This document shows positions 46,992 through 56,571 of a DNA stretch of 64,000 bases, piece by piece. Source of the stretch: Thermodesulfovibrionales bacterium. GTDB taxonomy: Bacteria; Nitrospirota; Thermodesulfovibrionia; Thermodesulfovibrionales; SM23-35. The stretch covers positions 1,080,356-1,144,355 of the forward strand of contig OY970295.1 in the NCBI GenBank assembly GCA_963716185.1, read 5' to 3'. How positions within the stretch are numbered: position 1 is the stretch's first letter; each line of letters starts with the position of its first letter. The notes under the pieces were generated by a model. The model saw only the letters and a program-made list of their open reading frames with translations, made no database searches and was not told the origin of the DNA. The position numbers and the translations under genes are program-made.

Positions 46992-47067
46992 ATGGTGGAG
47001 CTGACCGGGATCGAACCGGCGACCCCAACGTTGCGAACGTTGTGCTCTCCCAGCTGAGCTACAGCCC
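46992..47067 (-). tRNA. tRNA-Ala (anticodon CGC), CCA encoded
   Basis: GGGGCTGTAGCTCAGCTGGGAGAGCACAACGTTCGCAACGTTGGGGTCGCCGGTTCGATCCCGGTCAGCTCCACCA. Folds as a cloverleaf by hand. G3:U70 identity pair, anticodon loop TTCGCAA. Confidence 0.9.
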
Positions 47068-47185
47068 CCCTTTTTAGCTCCAAGGATTCCGAAGCAATTA
47101 AAAATTATATCATAGCGAAGCTGCAACCCGCCAGCACCACCGCTAAATCACCCTGCAGGAACTTCAGTTTATCCATTATATTTTA

Positions 47186-47216
47186 TTGACATTTTGGCGG
47201 GCATTGATACTATAAT
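47186..47216 (+). promoter_or_regulatory. sigma70-type promoter candidate for the hdrA-mvh operon
   Basis: TTGACA (47186-91) and TATAAT (47211-16). The spacer is 19 nt (long). An alternative TACTAT sits at 16 nt. Confidence 0.4.
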
Positions 47217-47293
47217 TATCTGAGAATTCCGTAAAAAAAACAGTAAGGATCAAAGAGGCATGGTCACCTGATGGGAGGAAACAAGCGGGATTT

Positions 47294-49321
47294 ATGAAGC
47301 TGAGAGTCGGTGTCTATATCTGCAGTTGCGGGACGAATATCTCAGAAAATTTAGATATCGACGAACTTGTTAAATTTTCCTCCGGTCTGGAGACCGTTGC
47401 ATATGCAAAATCTCACGGTCTTCTCTGTTCCGAAGAAGGCAAAAGTTTTCTCGCCGAAGATATAATCAGGCAAAAACCTGACCGTGTGGTTATAGCAGCC
47501 TGCACGCCGAAGGAACACGAAAAGACCTTCAGAAATGTCCTCCAGAAGGCCGGCGTCAACCCATACCTTTTTCAGATGGTGAACATCAGGGAACAGGTCG
47601 CGTGGGTCACTGCAGACAAGGTTGCAGCCACTGAGAAAGCAAAGGCGTACGTCCGCGCCGCGGTGAGGCGCGTCGCGCTGCAAGAGTCTTTCGATAAAAA
47701 GGAGATCGACTGCAATACCGATGTGCTTGTTATCGGCGCCGGTCCCGCCGGCATTGAGGCCGCACTCGTGCTCGCCAGGTCGGGAAGGAAAGTCTGCCTT
47801 GTCGAGAAAACTTCTTTCATCGGGGGCAGGGTCGCCAGGTATGAGGATGTGTTCCCAAAGATGGAGTGTGCTTCCTGCATGCTTGAACCGAAGATGGATG
47901 AGGTCCTGCATGATGAGAATATCGAACTGCTGACCAGCAGCGAAGTGCAGGAAGTTCTCGGTTTTCTGGGGAATTTCGTGGTAAAGATCCGCAAAAAAGC
48001 TACTTTTGTCGATAGAGAAAAATGCATCGGCTGCGGCGCATGTTACGAGCAATGTCCTGTTAAAACAAAGAACGAATTCGACTATAACCTCAGCGAGCGC
48101 AAGGCAATCTACACCCCCTATGCGGGAGCGCTGCCTAACGTCCCGGTCATCGACACAAAAACCTGCCTCCGGTTTGGAGGACGGGTGGAACTCTATAAGG
48201 AAGCGTTTGAGGCCGGCCTGATCAATAAAGAAGAATTCGAGATGTTCAAGGGGCAGGATTGCCGGATCTGTAAACAGGCGTGCGCTTTCGACGCGGTCGA
48301 CTATGAAGATTCAGACAATGTCCTTGAAAGAAGTGTCGGCGGGATTATCGTTGCAACGGGGTTTGATCTCTTCGATACATCGGTCCTTCCGCAATACGGA
48401 TATGGCAATCTCCCCGAGGTTTACACGGGCCTCGAATTCGAGCGTGTCCTCTCCCAGACAGGGTCCACTGCCGGAAAGCTCCTTATGAAGAACGGGGGAG
48501 AACCCGAATCGGTCGCGATCATTCATTGCATCGGGAGCAGGGACAAGGATTTCAACGATTACTGTTCCGGCGTCTGCTGTCTTTATGCGCTCAAATTCAG
48601 CCACTTGATCAGGAAGCATTCGCCCGCAGTGAAGGTCTACGACATCTATGCCGACTGGTGCGTTCCCGGAAAGGACAATCAGGCTTTTCTGGATTCGATT
48701 AAAGACTGGGAAAATATTCAATTTATTCATACGGGCCTTCCCATGAATGTGGTACTGAAACACAGAGGCGGGAAAATCGATCTTTCCTGCAATGATGTCT
48801 CTGAGAAGACGCGGCAGATTTCAGCGGATATGGTTGTGCTATGCCCTGCGATAATCCCTTCGAAAGACTCGCCGAAACTGTCTGAACTTCTCTTGATATC
48901 ACGCGACAAAACCGGGTTTTTCGCCGAAGGACACACTAAGCTCGCGCCGGTGTCCACGAACATCGAAGGCATATTCATCGCAGGCTGCTCACAAGGACCA
49001 AAGGACATCCAGAGTTCGGTCGCCCAGGCCGCTGCCGCAGCCGGGCAGGTCCTTTCCCTGCTTGTTCCCGGAAGAAAACTGGAGCTCGATGTTATAACAG
49101 CCGAGATCGATGAGAAGGCCTGCGCGGAATGCAAGATATGCATCGGTCTCTGTCCTTACAAGGCGATCGTTCTTGACAGGGAAAAGAATGTCGCAGTGGT
49201 GAATACGGTCCTGTGCAAAGGGTGTGGGACCTGTGTGGCCGCCTGCCCGAGCGGTTCTGCAAAGAGCAGGCATTTCACGACCGAACAGATATACGCCGAG
49301 ATCGAGGAGGTATTGAAATAA
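47294..49321 (+). CDS. hdrA: heterodisulfide reductase subunit A-like flavoprotein
   Basis: 675 aa. FAD motif VLVIGAGPAGIEAALVLARSGRKVCLVEK, ECASCMLEPK, several CxxCxxCxxxCP ferredoxin motifs, HCIGSRD. Confidence 0.85.
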   Translation: MKLRVGVYICSCGTNISENLDIDELVKFSSGLETVAYAKSHGLLCSEEGKSFLAEDIIRQKPDRVVIAACTPKEHEKTFRNVLQKAGVNPYLFQMVNIREQVAWVTADKVAATEKAKAYVRAAVRRVALQESFDKKEIDCNTDVLVIGAGPAGIEAALVLARSGRKVCLVEKTSFIGGRVARYEDVFPKMECASCMLEPKMDEVLHDENIELLTSSEVQEVLGFLGNFVVKIRKKATFVDREKCIGCGACYEQCPVKTKNEFDYNLSERKAIYTPYAGALPNVPVIDTKTCLRFGGRVELYKEAFEAGLINKEEFEMFKGQDCRICKQACAFDAVDYEDSDNVLERSVGGIIVATGFDLFDTSVLPQYGYGNLPEVYTGLEFERVLSQTGSTAGKLLMKNGGEPESVAIIHCIGSRDKDFNDYCSGVCCLYALKFSHLIRKHSPAVKVYDIYADWCVPGKDNQAFLDSIKDWENIQFIHTGLPMNVVLKHRGGKIDLSCNDVSEKTRQISADMVVLCPAIIPSKDSPKLSELLLISRDKTGFFAEGHTKLAPVSTNIEGIFIAGCSQGPKDIQSSVAQAAAAAGQVLSLLVPGRKLELDVITAEIDEKACAECKICIGLCPYKAIVLDREKNVAVVNTVLCKGCGTCVAACPSGSAKSRHFTTEQIYAEIEEVLK

Positions 49322-49785
49322 AGGAGTTCGAACCGAAGATAGTCGGTTTCTTGTGCAACTGGTGCTCCTACGCAGGAGCCGATGCTGCGGGCAGCGCACG
49401 GAAAACATATCCGCCCAATGTTAGGGTTATCCGGGTCATGTGCACGGGCAGGATAGATCCGCAATTTGTTCTCAAGGCTTTTCAATCCGGCGCCGACGGT
49501 GTCATGATACTCGGCTGTCATCCGGGCGACTGCCATTACAAGGAAGGAAATTACAAGGCCCTCCGGAGGTTCCATCTTTTAAGGCGGGTGTTGGGCCAAT
49601 TCGGGATTGAAGAAGACAGATTCCGTCTCGATTGGGTCTCTGCAAGCGAGGCCGACAAATTTGTCGACGTCATAAAGGACATGGTAAAAAAGATTAAGGC
49701 GCTCGGGCCGGTGAAAACAATCCCAGTTCACTCCTCTTTGGAAAAAGGGGGAAGCGTTGTATTCCCGGAGGAGGCGCATGGCTAA
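49318..49785 (+). CDS. mvhD: methyl-viologen-reducing hydrogenase delta subunit (MvhD); start unresolved
   Basis: Core EFEPKIVGFLCNWCSYAGADAAG...VIRVMCTGRIDP...GADGVMILGCHPGDCHY. No ATG/GTG/TTG between the hdrA stop and the conserved core. ATA 49318 overlaps the hdrA TAA (ATAA). The only canonical start is ATG 49213, 109 nt inside hdrA. Confidence 0.7.
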   Translation: MKEFEPKIVGFLCNWCSYAGADAAGSARKTYPPNVRVIRVMCTGRIDPQFVLKAFQSGADGVMILGCHPGDCHYKEGNYKALRRFHLLRRVLGQFGIEEDRFRLDWVSASEADKFVDVIKDMVKKIKALGPVKTIPVHSSLEKGGSVVFPEEAHG

Positions 49786-50752
49786 ACCGAAGGTGGCGTT
49801 TTACTGGTGCGCCTCCTGCGGCGGATGCGAAGAGTCGATCGTCGATCTGGCCGAAAACATCCTGAAGGTGGCCGAAGCGGTAGAGTTTGTTTTGTTTCCC
49901 GTGGCGATGGACTTCAAGGTGAAGGATGTCGAGGCTTTGCGGGATGGAGAAATCGCGGTCAGTTTCATCAACGGCGGGATACGGACCGGGGAGCAGGAAC
50001 ATATGGCGAAACTGCTCAGGAAAAAATCCGGTCTTGTCGTCGCATACGGGGCGTGTGCGCATTTGGGGGGCACTCCCGGTCTGGCAAATTTCTTCAACAG
50101 GGACATGATCTTTGATTATGTATATCATAAATCCCCGTCAGTCGAAAACCCTCACGGAACAACTCCCCAGCTGAAAACAACGGTTCACCAGGGAGAATTG
50201 ACATTACCGAAATTTTACGATACCGTCTATACCTTAGACCAGGTGATCGATGTAGACTATTATCTGCCGGGATGTGCGCCTCCGCCCGACCTGATCATGA
50301 AGGCGATTGAAGCCATTCTGTCCGGTAATCTCCCTCCGAAAGGCTCTGTGCTTGCCCCCGATAAGTCGTTATGCGATACATGCAAACGGAAACCGACGAA
50401 ACCTGAAAAAGCGGTCTTAAAAGAGATCAAAAGGGTCCACGAAGTCATGCTCGATCCCGAACGCTGTTTTTTAGACCAGGGCATTATCTGCCTGGGCCCC
50501 GCTACCCGTGACGGCTGCGGCGAGCGGTGCATCAATGCTAATATGCCGTGCCGGGGCTGCTTCGGGTCTACAAGCAGAGTTGAGGACCAGGGCGCGAAAT
50601 TCCTCTCCGCCCTCGCATCGATCATTGATGCTGAAGATGAAGATGAAATAAAGAAGATAACCGATTCGATCGTGGATCCCGCTGGCATCTTTTACTTTTA
50701 TTCATTGGCGGCGTCGATGCTGAGAAGGAGAATAGACATAGCGAATGAGTAA
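49778..50752 (+). CDS. mvhG: [NiFe] hydrogenase small subunit (MvhG type)
   Basis: ATG 49778 behind GGAGGAGG. MAKPKVAFYWCASCGGCEESIVDL plus distal Cys clusters. ATGGCTAA overlap with mvhD. Confidence 0.85.
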   Translation: MAKPKVAFYWCASCGGCEESIVDLAENILKVAEAVEFVLFPVAMDFKVKDVEALRDGEIAVSFINGGIRTGEQEHMAKLLRKKSGLVVAYGACAHLGGTPGLANFFNRDMIFDYVYHKSPSVENPHGTTPQLKTTVHQGELTLPKFYDTVYTLDQVIDVDYYLPGCAPPPDLIMKAIEAILSGNLPPKGSVLAPDKSLCDTCKRKPTKPEKAVLKEIKRVHEVMLDPERCFLDQGIICLGPATRDGCGERCINANMPCRGCFGSTSRVEDQGAKFLSALASIIDAEDEDEIKKITDSIVDPAGIFYFYSLAASMLRRRIDIANE

Positions 50753-52205
50753 ACGTATCACTATAGACCCCATCACGAGGCTTGAAGGCCACGGAAAGAT
50801 CGAAATTTTCCTTGACGATAAAGGAGACGTCGAGAAGACCTATTTCCAGGTACCCGAACTGAGGGGTTTTGAGGTCTTCTCTGTCGGTCGTCCTGCAGAG
50901 GAAATGCCGAGGATCACGCCGAAAATATGCGGGGTCTGCCCGACGACCCATCACATCTGCTCAACAAAGGCGCTTGATGATCTGTATAAAATCGAGCCCC
51001 CGCCTGCGGCCAAGAAATTGCGTGAACTGATGTATTCCGCTTTTATGCTTGAGGACCATACGCTCCACTTCTTCTTCCTCGGAGGGCCTGACTTTGTCGT
51101 GGGTCCGGCTGCGCCGCCGGCTGAACGGAACATCCTCGGCGTCATTTCCAAAGTGGGATTGGAGATCGCGGGGAAAGTGATCAGACTGAGGAGAGAGTGC
51201 CGCGAGGTCATCATACACTTCGGCGGCAGGGTCATCCACCCTGTCTGCGGGCTTCCGGGCGGGATATCCAAGCCACTCAAGGAAGAGGACAGACTTAAGA
51301 TCGAGGACGTTGCAAAGAACGGTGTGGAATTCGCACAGTTCGCGCTGAAGATATTTGAAGACGTTGTGCTCAGGAACAAAGAGTATGTCGATCTCGTGAC
51401 AGGCGATGTATATAAACATGTCACGTATTACATGGGCATGGTGGACAAAAATAATAAGGTAAACTTTTACGACGGAGATGTCCGCATCGTGACGCCCGAA
51501 GGCAAGGAATTTGCGAGGTTTAAACCGCACGAGTATCTCAGTCATATCGCTGAACGGGTCGAACCATGGAGTTACATCAAATTCCCCTATCTGAAGAACG
51601 TCGGATGGAAAGGGTTTGTCGATGGGACAGACAGCGGCGTTTATCGTGTTGCGCCGCTGGCGAGATTGAATGTTTCGGACGGCATGGCGACTCCGCTCGC
51701 ACAGGCCGAATATGAAAAGATGTATGCAACCCTCGGAGGGAAACCGGTCCATAATACGCTGGCATTTCACTGGGCACGCCTGATAGAAGCTCTGTATGCC
51801 GCCGAACGCATGCTCGAACTTGCACGGGACAAGGAAATTACGGACCCGCATGTGAGGAACATTCCGACCGCAGTACCCGAGGAGGGCATCGGCGTTGTGG
51901 AAGCGCCGCGCGGCACCCTCATCCATCATTATAAAACTGACAAAAACGGCATCATAACTGAAGCCAACCTGATTGTGGCAACAGTGAACAATGCAGCGGC
52001 AATCTGCATGTCTATCGAGAAAGCCGCGAGAAGTCTTATAAAAGGCGGCGAGGTGTCGGATGGCCTCCTCAATATGGTGGAAATGGCATTCCGTGCTTAT
52101 GACCCATGTCTTGCCTGCGCCACGCACACCCTGCCGGGGGAAATGTCTTTATTCATCAATATCCGGAATAAGCACGGCGACATAATTCGGACTCTGAAAA
52201 AATAA
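50745..52205 (+). CDS. mvhA: [NiFe] hydrogenase large subunit (MvhA type)
   Basis: 486 aa. RLEGHGKI, N-terminal RxCGVCPTTH, C-terminal DPCLACATH (all Cys, so NiFe not NiFeSe). Confidence 0.9.
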   Translation: MSKRITIDPITRLEGHGKIEIFLDDKGDVEKTYFQVPELRGFEVFSVGRPAEEMPRITPKICGVCPTTHHICSTKALDDLYKIEPPPAAKKLRELMYSAFMLEDHTLHFFFLGGPDFVVGPAAPPAERNILGVISKVGLEIAGKVIRLRRECREVIIHFGGRVIHPVCGLPGGISKPLKEEDRLKIEDVAKNGVEFAQFALKIFEDVVLRNKEYVDLVTGDVYKHVTYYMGMVDKNNKVNFYDGDVRIVTPEGKEFARFKPHEYLSHIAERVEPWSYIKFPYLKNVGWKGFVDGTDSGVYRVAPLARLNVSDGMATPLAQAEYEKMYATLGGKPVHNTLAFHWARLIEALYAAERMLELARDKEITDPHVRNIPTAVPEEGIGVVEAPRGTLIHHYKTDKNGIITEANLIVATVNNAAAICMSIEKAARSLIKGGEVSDGLLNMVEMAFRAYDPCLACATHTLPGEMSLFINIRNKHGDIIRTLKK

Positions 52206-52269
52206 TAGAATTATATTGATTGCAGCACGGATTTCTTGTAAAAATATTCCGAAAAGGAGGTGAAGTTCT

Positions 52270-52494
52270 ATGGCAACAAGTAACCTGGATTGCCTTGGGC
52301 TCAGGTGTCCGCAGCCCATATTGAAAATTGCCGCAAAATCGGCCGAGCTGAGACCGGGTGACACCCTGGAAGTGATAGCCGACTGCCCCACATTTGAAAA
52401 AGATGTCCGCCAGTGGTGTGAGAGAACGAAAAAAACGCTCATGTGGGTGAAAGATGAAGGAGGCAATAAAAGACGCTGTCAGATACAATTTTAA
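52270..52494 (+). CDS. tusA: TusA/SirA family sulfur carrier
   Basis: 74 aa. LDCLGLRCPQPILK (CPxP motif). Confidence 0.8.
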   Translation: MATSNLDCLGLRCPQPILKIAAKSAELRPGDTLEVIADCPTFEKDVRQWCERTKKTLMWVKDEGGNKRRCQIQF

Positions 52495-52518
52495 TGTTAA
52501 ATGCCATTAGAAGGATGA

Positions 52519-54690
52519 ATGATGAACCCCATTAAGAACCTGTCGGTAGGTAAGAAGCTGTCTTTGAGCTTTGGTTTTACACTTGTTGTGATACTGATCC
52601 TGGGAATTCTATGGCAAAAAGGGATAGTATCTCTGAAGGACATCGAGGGGAAGAAGAATAATTTAATTGAACTCAAAGAAAAACTTCGTGAGATGCAGGT
52701 GGCCCATTACAAGTGGGTGGACAATTTGAGAGATGCCGCAAGAGGAAAGGTTAAATTTGAAGGCGAACTCGATCCGGACAAATGTGTTTTCGGCCAATGG
52801 TATCACTCCTATAAATTGCCTTATCCCGAACTGGAGTCTCTGTTCAAAGCACTGGATGAACCGCACCGCAGGCTTCATCAATCGGCCGTACCGGTCATAA
52901 AGGCGATAGAAAAAGGAAATTACGCAGAGGCGCAAAAGCTCTCGCTTTATACCCGGGAGGTGGCGCTCACCAACCTCATGAAGGCATACGACCCGTTCAT
53001 TGCAGCTATCGGTGAAGTCTACGAAAAATATAAAGAGGATTCGGAAAAATCTGTTCAAAGACAAGGAATAATTTCGAAGAGCATCATAAGTCTTTCCTTG
53101 ATATTTGTTATTGCGTTGGCGGTTTTATTAACAAGAGGAATTGTGGGTCCCCTGAAGAAGGTGAAGGATATCGCCGATAAGATTGCAGAAGGTGAAATCC
53201 CGGATATAACTCGTGAAGAGTTCAGGAAAGAGAGCAATAATGAGATAGCCCAGATGGAAGACGCTTTTATCAGGATGGCGGCGTCATTGAATGAGTTGAC
53301 TGCGGCGGCGGACAAGATAGCCTCCGGAGATCTGGATGCCGCCGTAAAGATAAGGTCGGAGAAAGACATTCTCGCCAACGCCATCTCGAAAATGGTCGAG
53401 AAACTCAAAAACAGCCTCGAAGAATTGCACACGAATTCGATGAACCTTGCCCTGGGCATGAGTGATTATTTCAATGTTATCTCTGAACTGGCCCTCGGCA
53501 ATCTGGATGTCAGGGCTTCTGAAGATACAGGTGATGATCTGCTGAACCAGCTCGGCAAGATAACAAACGGTATGATTGCCGAATTCAAGAAACTGGCTGA
53601 ATGTATAGAAGAAGTGAAAAAGGGCAACCTCGACGTGGAAGTCCACATTCGCTCGGACAAGGACTACCTCGGTATAGGGTTTGAACATATGATCGAGCAT
53701 CTCAGGGAAACATCGGAACAACTGCACACAACCTCGATGAATCTTGCCATGGGACTCACAGATTACTTCATGATCCTCCAGCAGGTTGCCGCCGGTGACT
53801 TGACTGTCTGCGCCAGTGAGGATACCGGTGATGATCTGTTGAATCAGTTAGGCAAGGCAACAAATTCGATGATCTCTTCCCTGAAGGAACTGACGGTAAG
53901 GATCCGGGAGCAGGCGGACCTTCTGGCAAGCTCCTCAAACTCGATGGCTACCGTTACAAAGCAGTCGACAAGGGCACTGTCCGAGCTTTCATCCGCCATT
54001 TCTCTTATATCGTCGGCGGCATCCTCGGTTGCAGAAAATTCTCAGGCTGCATCAGCGGCGTCGCAAGCTGCGAATGATTCGACGCAGGAAGGAAATGACC
54101 TGATGTCGAAACTCTCGGACAAGACAAAGATGCTCCAGGTTGCGAGCATAAGGTCGGTTGATGCGATGAAAGGTCTTACGGCCCGCTCGTCAGAGATCGG
54201 CCAGATCGTCAGTGTCATAACAAAGATAGCTTTCCAGACAAACCTCTTGTCGTTAAACGCCGCTATCGAAGCTGCAAGGGCCGGAGAATCGGGACACGGT
54301 TTTGCCGTAGTGGCCGACGAAGTCCGAAAACTAGCGGAGAGTTCTGCAAATTCCGCCCGCGAGATATCCAAAATAATCAAAGAAGTTCAAAACGAAACGG
54401 AAGAGGCTATGGCTTCAGTGCAGGAGGGAGAAAAAGAGATGGAGTCGGGCGCGGTCCTGATCCGTAAGATCAGCGACCAGTTCACGGAGATCGCCTCCCA
54501 GGTGGGAAATATCGTTAAGCAGATAGGGAATATAGTCGCTTCTGCAGCAGATACCGCGTCTTCTGCCGAAGAGGCAACCGCTTCATCGGAAGAACAGACA
54601 GCGGCTATGGAAGAGCTTTCGGCTTCGGCTGTCCAGCTTTCGAGCACGGCACAGATCCTGCAAGACACCATGGCCCGGTTTAAAGTATAG
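52519..54690 (+). CDS. methyl-accepting chemotaxis protein with CZB-like sensor segment and repeated HAMP-like units
   Basis: 723 aa. TM1, then HYKWVDNL...[10 protein letters not shown]...HRRLH between TM1 and TM2. Two ~99-aa repeats (53.3-53.9 kb). C-terminal signalling hairpin [37 protein letters not shown]. Confidence 0.85.
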   Translation: MMNPIKNLSVGKKLSLSFGFTLVVILILGILWQKGIVSLKDIEGKKNNLIELKEKLREMQVAHYKWVDNLRDAARGKVKFEGELDPDKCVFGQWYHSYKLPYPELESLFKALDEPHRRLHQSAVPVIKAIEKGNYAEAQKLSLYTREVALTNLMKAYDPFIAAIGEVYEKYKEDSEKSVQRQGIISKSIISLSLIFVIALAVLLTRGIVGPLKKVKDIADKIAEGEIPDITREEFRKESNNEIAQMEDAFIRMAASLNELTAAADKIASGDLDAAVKIRSEKDILANAISKMVEKLKNSLEELHTNSMNLALGMSDYFNVISELALGNLDVRASEDTGDDLLNQLGKITNGMIAEFKKLAECIEEVKKGNLDVEVHIRSDKDYLGIGFEHMIEHLRETSEQLHTTSMNLAMGLTDYFMILQQVAAGDLTVCASEDTGDDLLNQLGKATNSMISSLKELTVRIREQADLLASSSNSMATVTKQSTRALSELSSAISLISSAASSVAENSQAASAASQAANDSTQEGNDLMSKLSDKTKMLQVASIRSVDAMKGLTARSSEIGQIVSVITKIAFQTNLLSLNAAIEAARAGESGHGFAVVADEVRKLAESSANSAREISKIIKEVQNETEEAMASVQEGEKEMESGAVLIRKISDQFTEIASQVGNIVKQIGNIVASAADTASSAEEATASSEEQTAAMEELSASAVQLSSTAQILQDTMARFKV

Positions 54691-54697
54691 CCATATC

Positions 54698-55906
54698 ATG
54701 CAGGCATTGATCAAAAACTTAATACAGAATAACAACACAAAAATTCTCCTCATTGTCCTTGACGGACTGGGCGGTCTTCCTTTGGAAGGGAAGACAGAGA
54801 TGGACGCTGCGGTCAAGCCGCATCTTGATGACCTTGCGCTGAAGTCTGCGTGCGGCCTCCATATACCTGTCGGCATGGGGATAACTCCCGGAAGCGGTCC
54901 GGGTCATTTGTCTCTCTTCGGTTACGATCCTGTCGAGTGGCAGATAGGCAGGGGCGCGCTCGAAGCGCTCGGCCTCGGCATAGAACTGAGAAAGACCGAT
55001 GTAGCTGTCCGTATCAATTACGCCACTGTCGAGAACGGTGTCATTAAAGACAGGCGTGCCGGAAGAATCCCCACGGATGTCAGCAGAAAGATTACGGAAA
55101 GGCTTCAGGACAAGATTCGGAAGATAGATGACGCCGAGGTGATATTCAGCCCAGGCATGGAACACCGTTTCGCTGCCGTAATAAGATTCCCCGGGCCTCT
55201 TCCCCAGGGCTCGGCCTCAATAAAAGACACGGACCCGCAAAAGGAAGGAGAGGCTCCTGTCCCCGTTATTCCTGAAACACCCCAGGCCGGAAAAGTTGCG
55301 GCGGTTGTTGAGAAATTGATATCTTCTATTACCGGTATCATAAAAAATGAACAAAGGGCAAACTTCGTCCTCCTTCGCGGGTTTTCTCAGGCGCCTGACA
55401 TTCCGCATTTCGGAGAAGTCTATGGACTGAAATCTCTCTGCATCGCTGTTTATCCCATGTACCGGGGCCTTGCACGGCTGCTCGGGATGGAGGCGCCTGT
55501 ATTAAAGGGAGACATAAAAGAGGAACTAGACTTTCTGAAGATGAATTATAATGATTATGATTTTTTCTTTATGCACGTGAAGAAAGTCGATTCCTATGGT
55601 GAAGATGGAAACTTTGAAGGCAAGGCGTCAAAGATAGGGGAGTTCGATAAAGCTTTGCCCGAGATACTGGGTCTTAACCCGGATGTCTTAATTATAACCG
55701 GAGACCATTCTACACCTTCTGTTCTTAAAGGCCACAGCTGGCACCCGGTACCCGTCCTTTTAAGATCGCCCTATGTGCTCGGCAACACCTGCAAAGGTTT
55801 CTCTGAAAGGGAGTGTATAAAAGGCGAACTGGGGATCTTCCCCACAGTCAACCTCATGCCTTTGGCCCTCGCCAACGCAGGCAGACTCAAGAAATTCGGG
55901 GCGTAG
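54698..55906 (+). CDS. apgM: cofactor-independent phosphoglycerate mutase, archaeal type
   Basis: 402 aa. ILLIVLDGLGGLP...GKTEMDAA.KPHLDDLA, PGSGPGHLSLFGYDP, ITGDHSTP. Confidence 0.8.
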   Translation: MQALIKNLIQNNNTKILLIVLDGLGGLPLEGKTEMDAAVKPHLDDLALKSACGLHIPVGMGITPGSGPGHLSLFGYDPVEWQIGRGALEALGLGIELRKTDVAVRINYATVENGVIKDRRAGRIPTDVSRKITERLQDKIRKIDDAEVIFSPGMEHRFAAVIRFPGPLPQGSASIKDTDPQKEGEAPVPVIPETPQAGKVAAVVEKLISSITGIIKNEQRANFVLLRGFSQAPDIPHFGEVYGLKSLCIAVYPMYRGLARLLGMEAPVLKGDIKEELDFLKMNYNDYDFFFMHVKKVDSYGEDGNFEGKASKIGEFDKALPEILGLNPDVLIITGDHSTPSVLKGHSWHPVPVLLRSPYVLGNTCKGFSERECIKGELGIFPTVNLMPLALANAGRLKKFGA

Positions 55907-55960
55907 TCCCCTGCTTGTTCTGAAACAATTTGCATCGGGCTAGTACCGGGAATAACAGAA

Positions 55961-56305
55961 ATGAAAAAAGCGATCCTTTCCTTATGCCTTGGAGCAGCTA
56001 TAGCATCTTCAACCGGCTGTCCTGTAATTACCGCGCCCTATCATGTTGCCAGGGATGTGGTGCGGGGAGGGGTATGGGTAGTAAAAACGACATGTGAGGT
56101 CACCGCTGGAACTACAAAAATAATCTACAAGATTGGTGGATTCACATACGAGGTTGTAAAGGCGCCCATTGAATGGACATTGACACACGAGGAAATTGAG
56201 AGCATCGACGGTCTTCCGGTAAAAGAGGCTATACGCCAGGGAAGGGTAAAAACCGCGCCCTATTCGGTCGAAGGAAGACAGTACATTCCTATGTCGCCCG
56301 CGTGA
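55961..56305 (+). CDS. small lipoprotein, function unknown
   Basis: 114 aa. Signal peptide and lipobox LGAAIASSTGC. Confidence 0.55.
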   Translation: MKKAILSLCLGAAIASSTGCPVITAPYHVARDVVRGGVWVVKTTCEVTAGTTKIIYKIGGFTYEVVKAPIEWTLTHEEIESIDGLPVKEAIRQGRVKTAPYSVEGRQYIPMSPA

Positions 56306-56571
56306 GGGTAGAGGCAATAGATGTGAAAGAAGAGTGGTCTATCCGGGACAGGTGTGTCGGGTTTGATATTGATAATTCTTCCCATTTCATCCCAACTATA
56401 ATGTTCCAGCAGTTGAGTAAGAATCATTTCCAAAGTGATGCTCGTGAAGAGTATCGTTGGATTGTTGGTCAAACATTTCTCAGCCCGCTTAATAGATTAT
56501 TTCTGCCTTTAGTGCTGATTCATTCGGCTACTGAAAACACAACGCTTTTTATTGGATTCATCATATGAGTA

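Noticed and set aside
49213-49317. ATG 49213 as the true mvhD start
   Set aside because: It would add 35 residues (MQRVWDLCGRLPERFCKEQAFHDRTDIRRDRGGIE) encoded within the hdrA C-terminus, with no RBS and no resemblance to MvhD N-termini. It is kept only as an alternative.
50961-52127. 388-aa minus-strand ORF antisense to mvhA, and similar long antisense ORFs (47351-48052, 41297-41872, 63128-63769, 479-910, 58270-58842)
   Set aside because: They lie entirely opposite genes with unmistakable conserved motifs, have no recognisable motifs or RBSs themselves, and are typical shadow ORFs.
50745-52205. Possibility that the hydrogenase is a [NiFeSe] enzyme, or that hdrA/mvhD contain Sec, given the Sec trait
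   Set aside because: The C-terminal motif is DPCLACATH with Cys codons. hdrA and mvhD have no in-frame TGA (CNWCSY, HCIGSRD all Cys).
56260-56472. 70-aa minus-strand ORF as a DUF2132 (VF530-like) protein
   Set aside because: Only the first ~37 aa (ITLEMILTQLLEHYSWDEMGRIINIK) resemble the family as I remember it. The expected ...PSIKSSLKFLRKTPWAR half is missing in all frames, and the ORF overlaps the lipoprotein gene. It is possibly a truncated relic, too uncertain to list as a feature.
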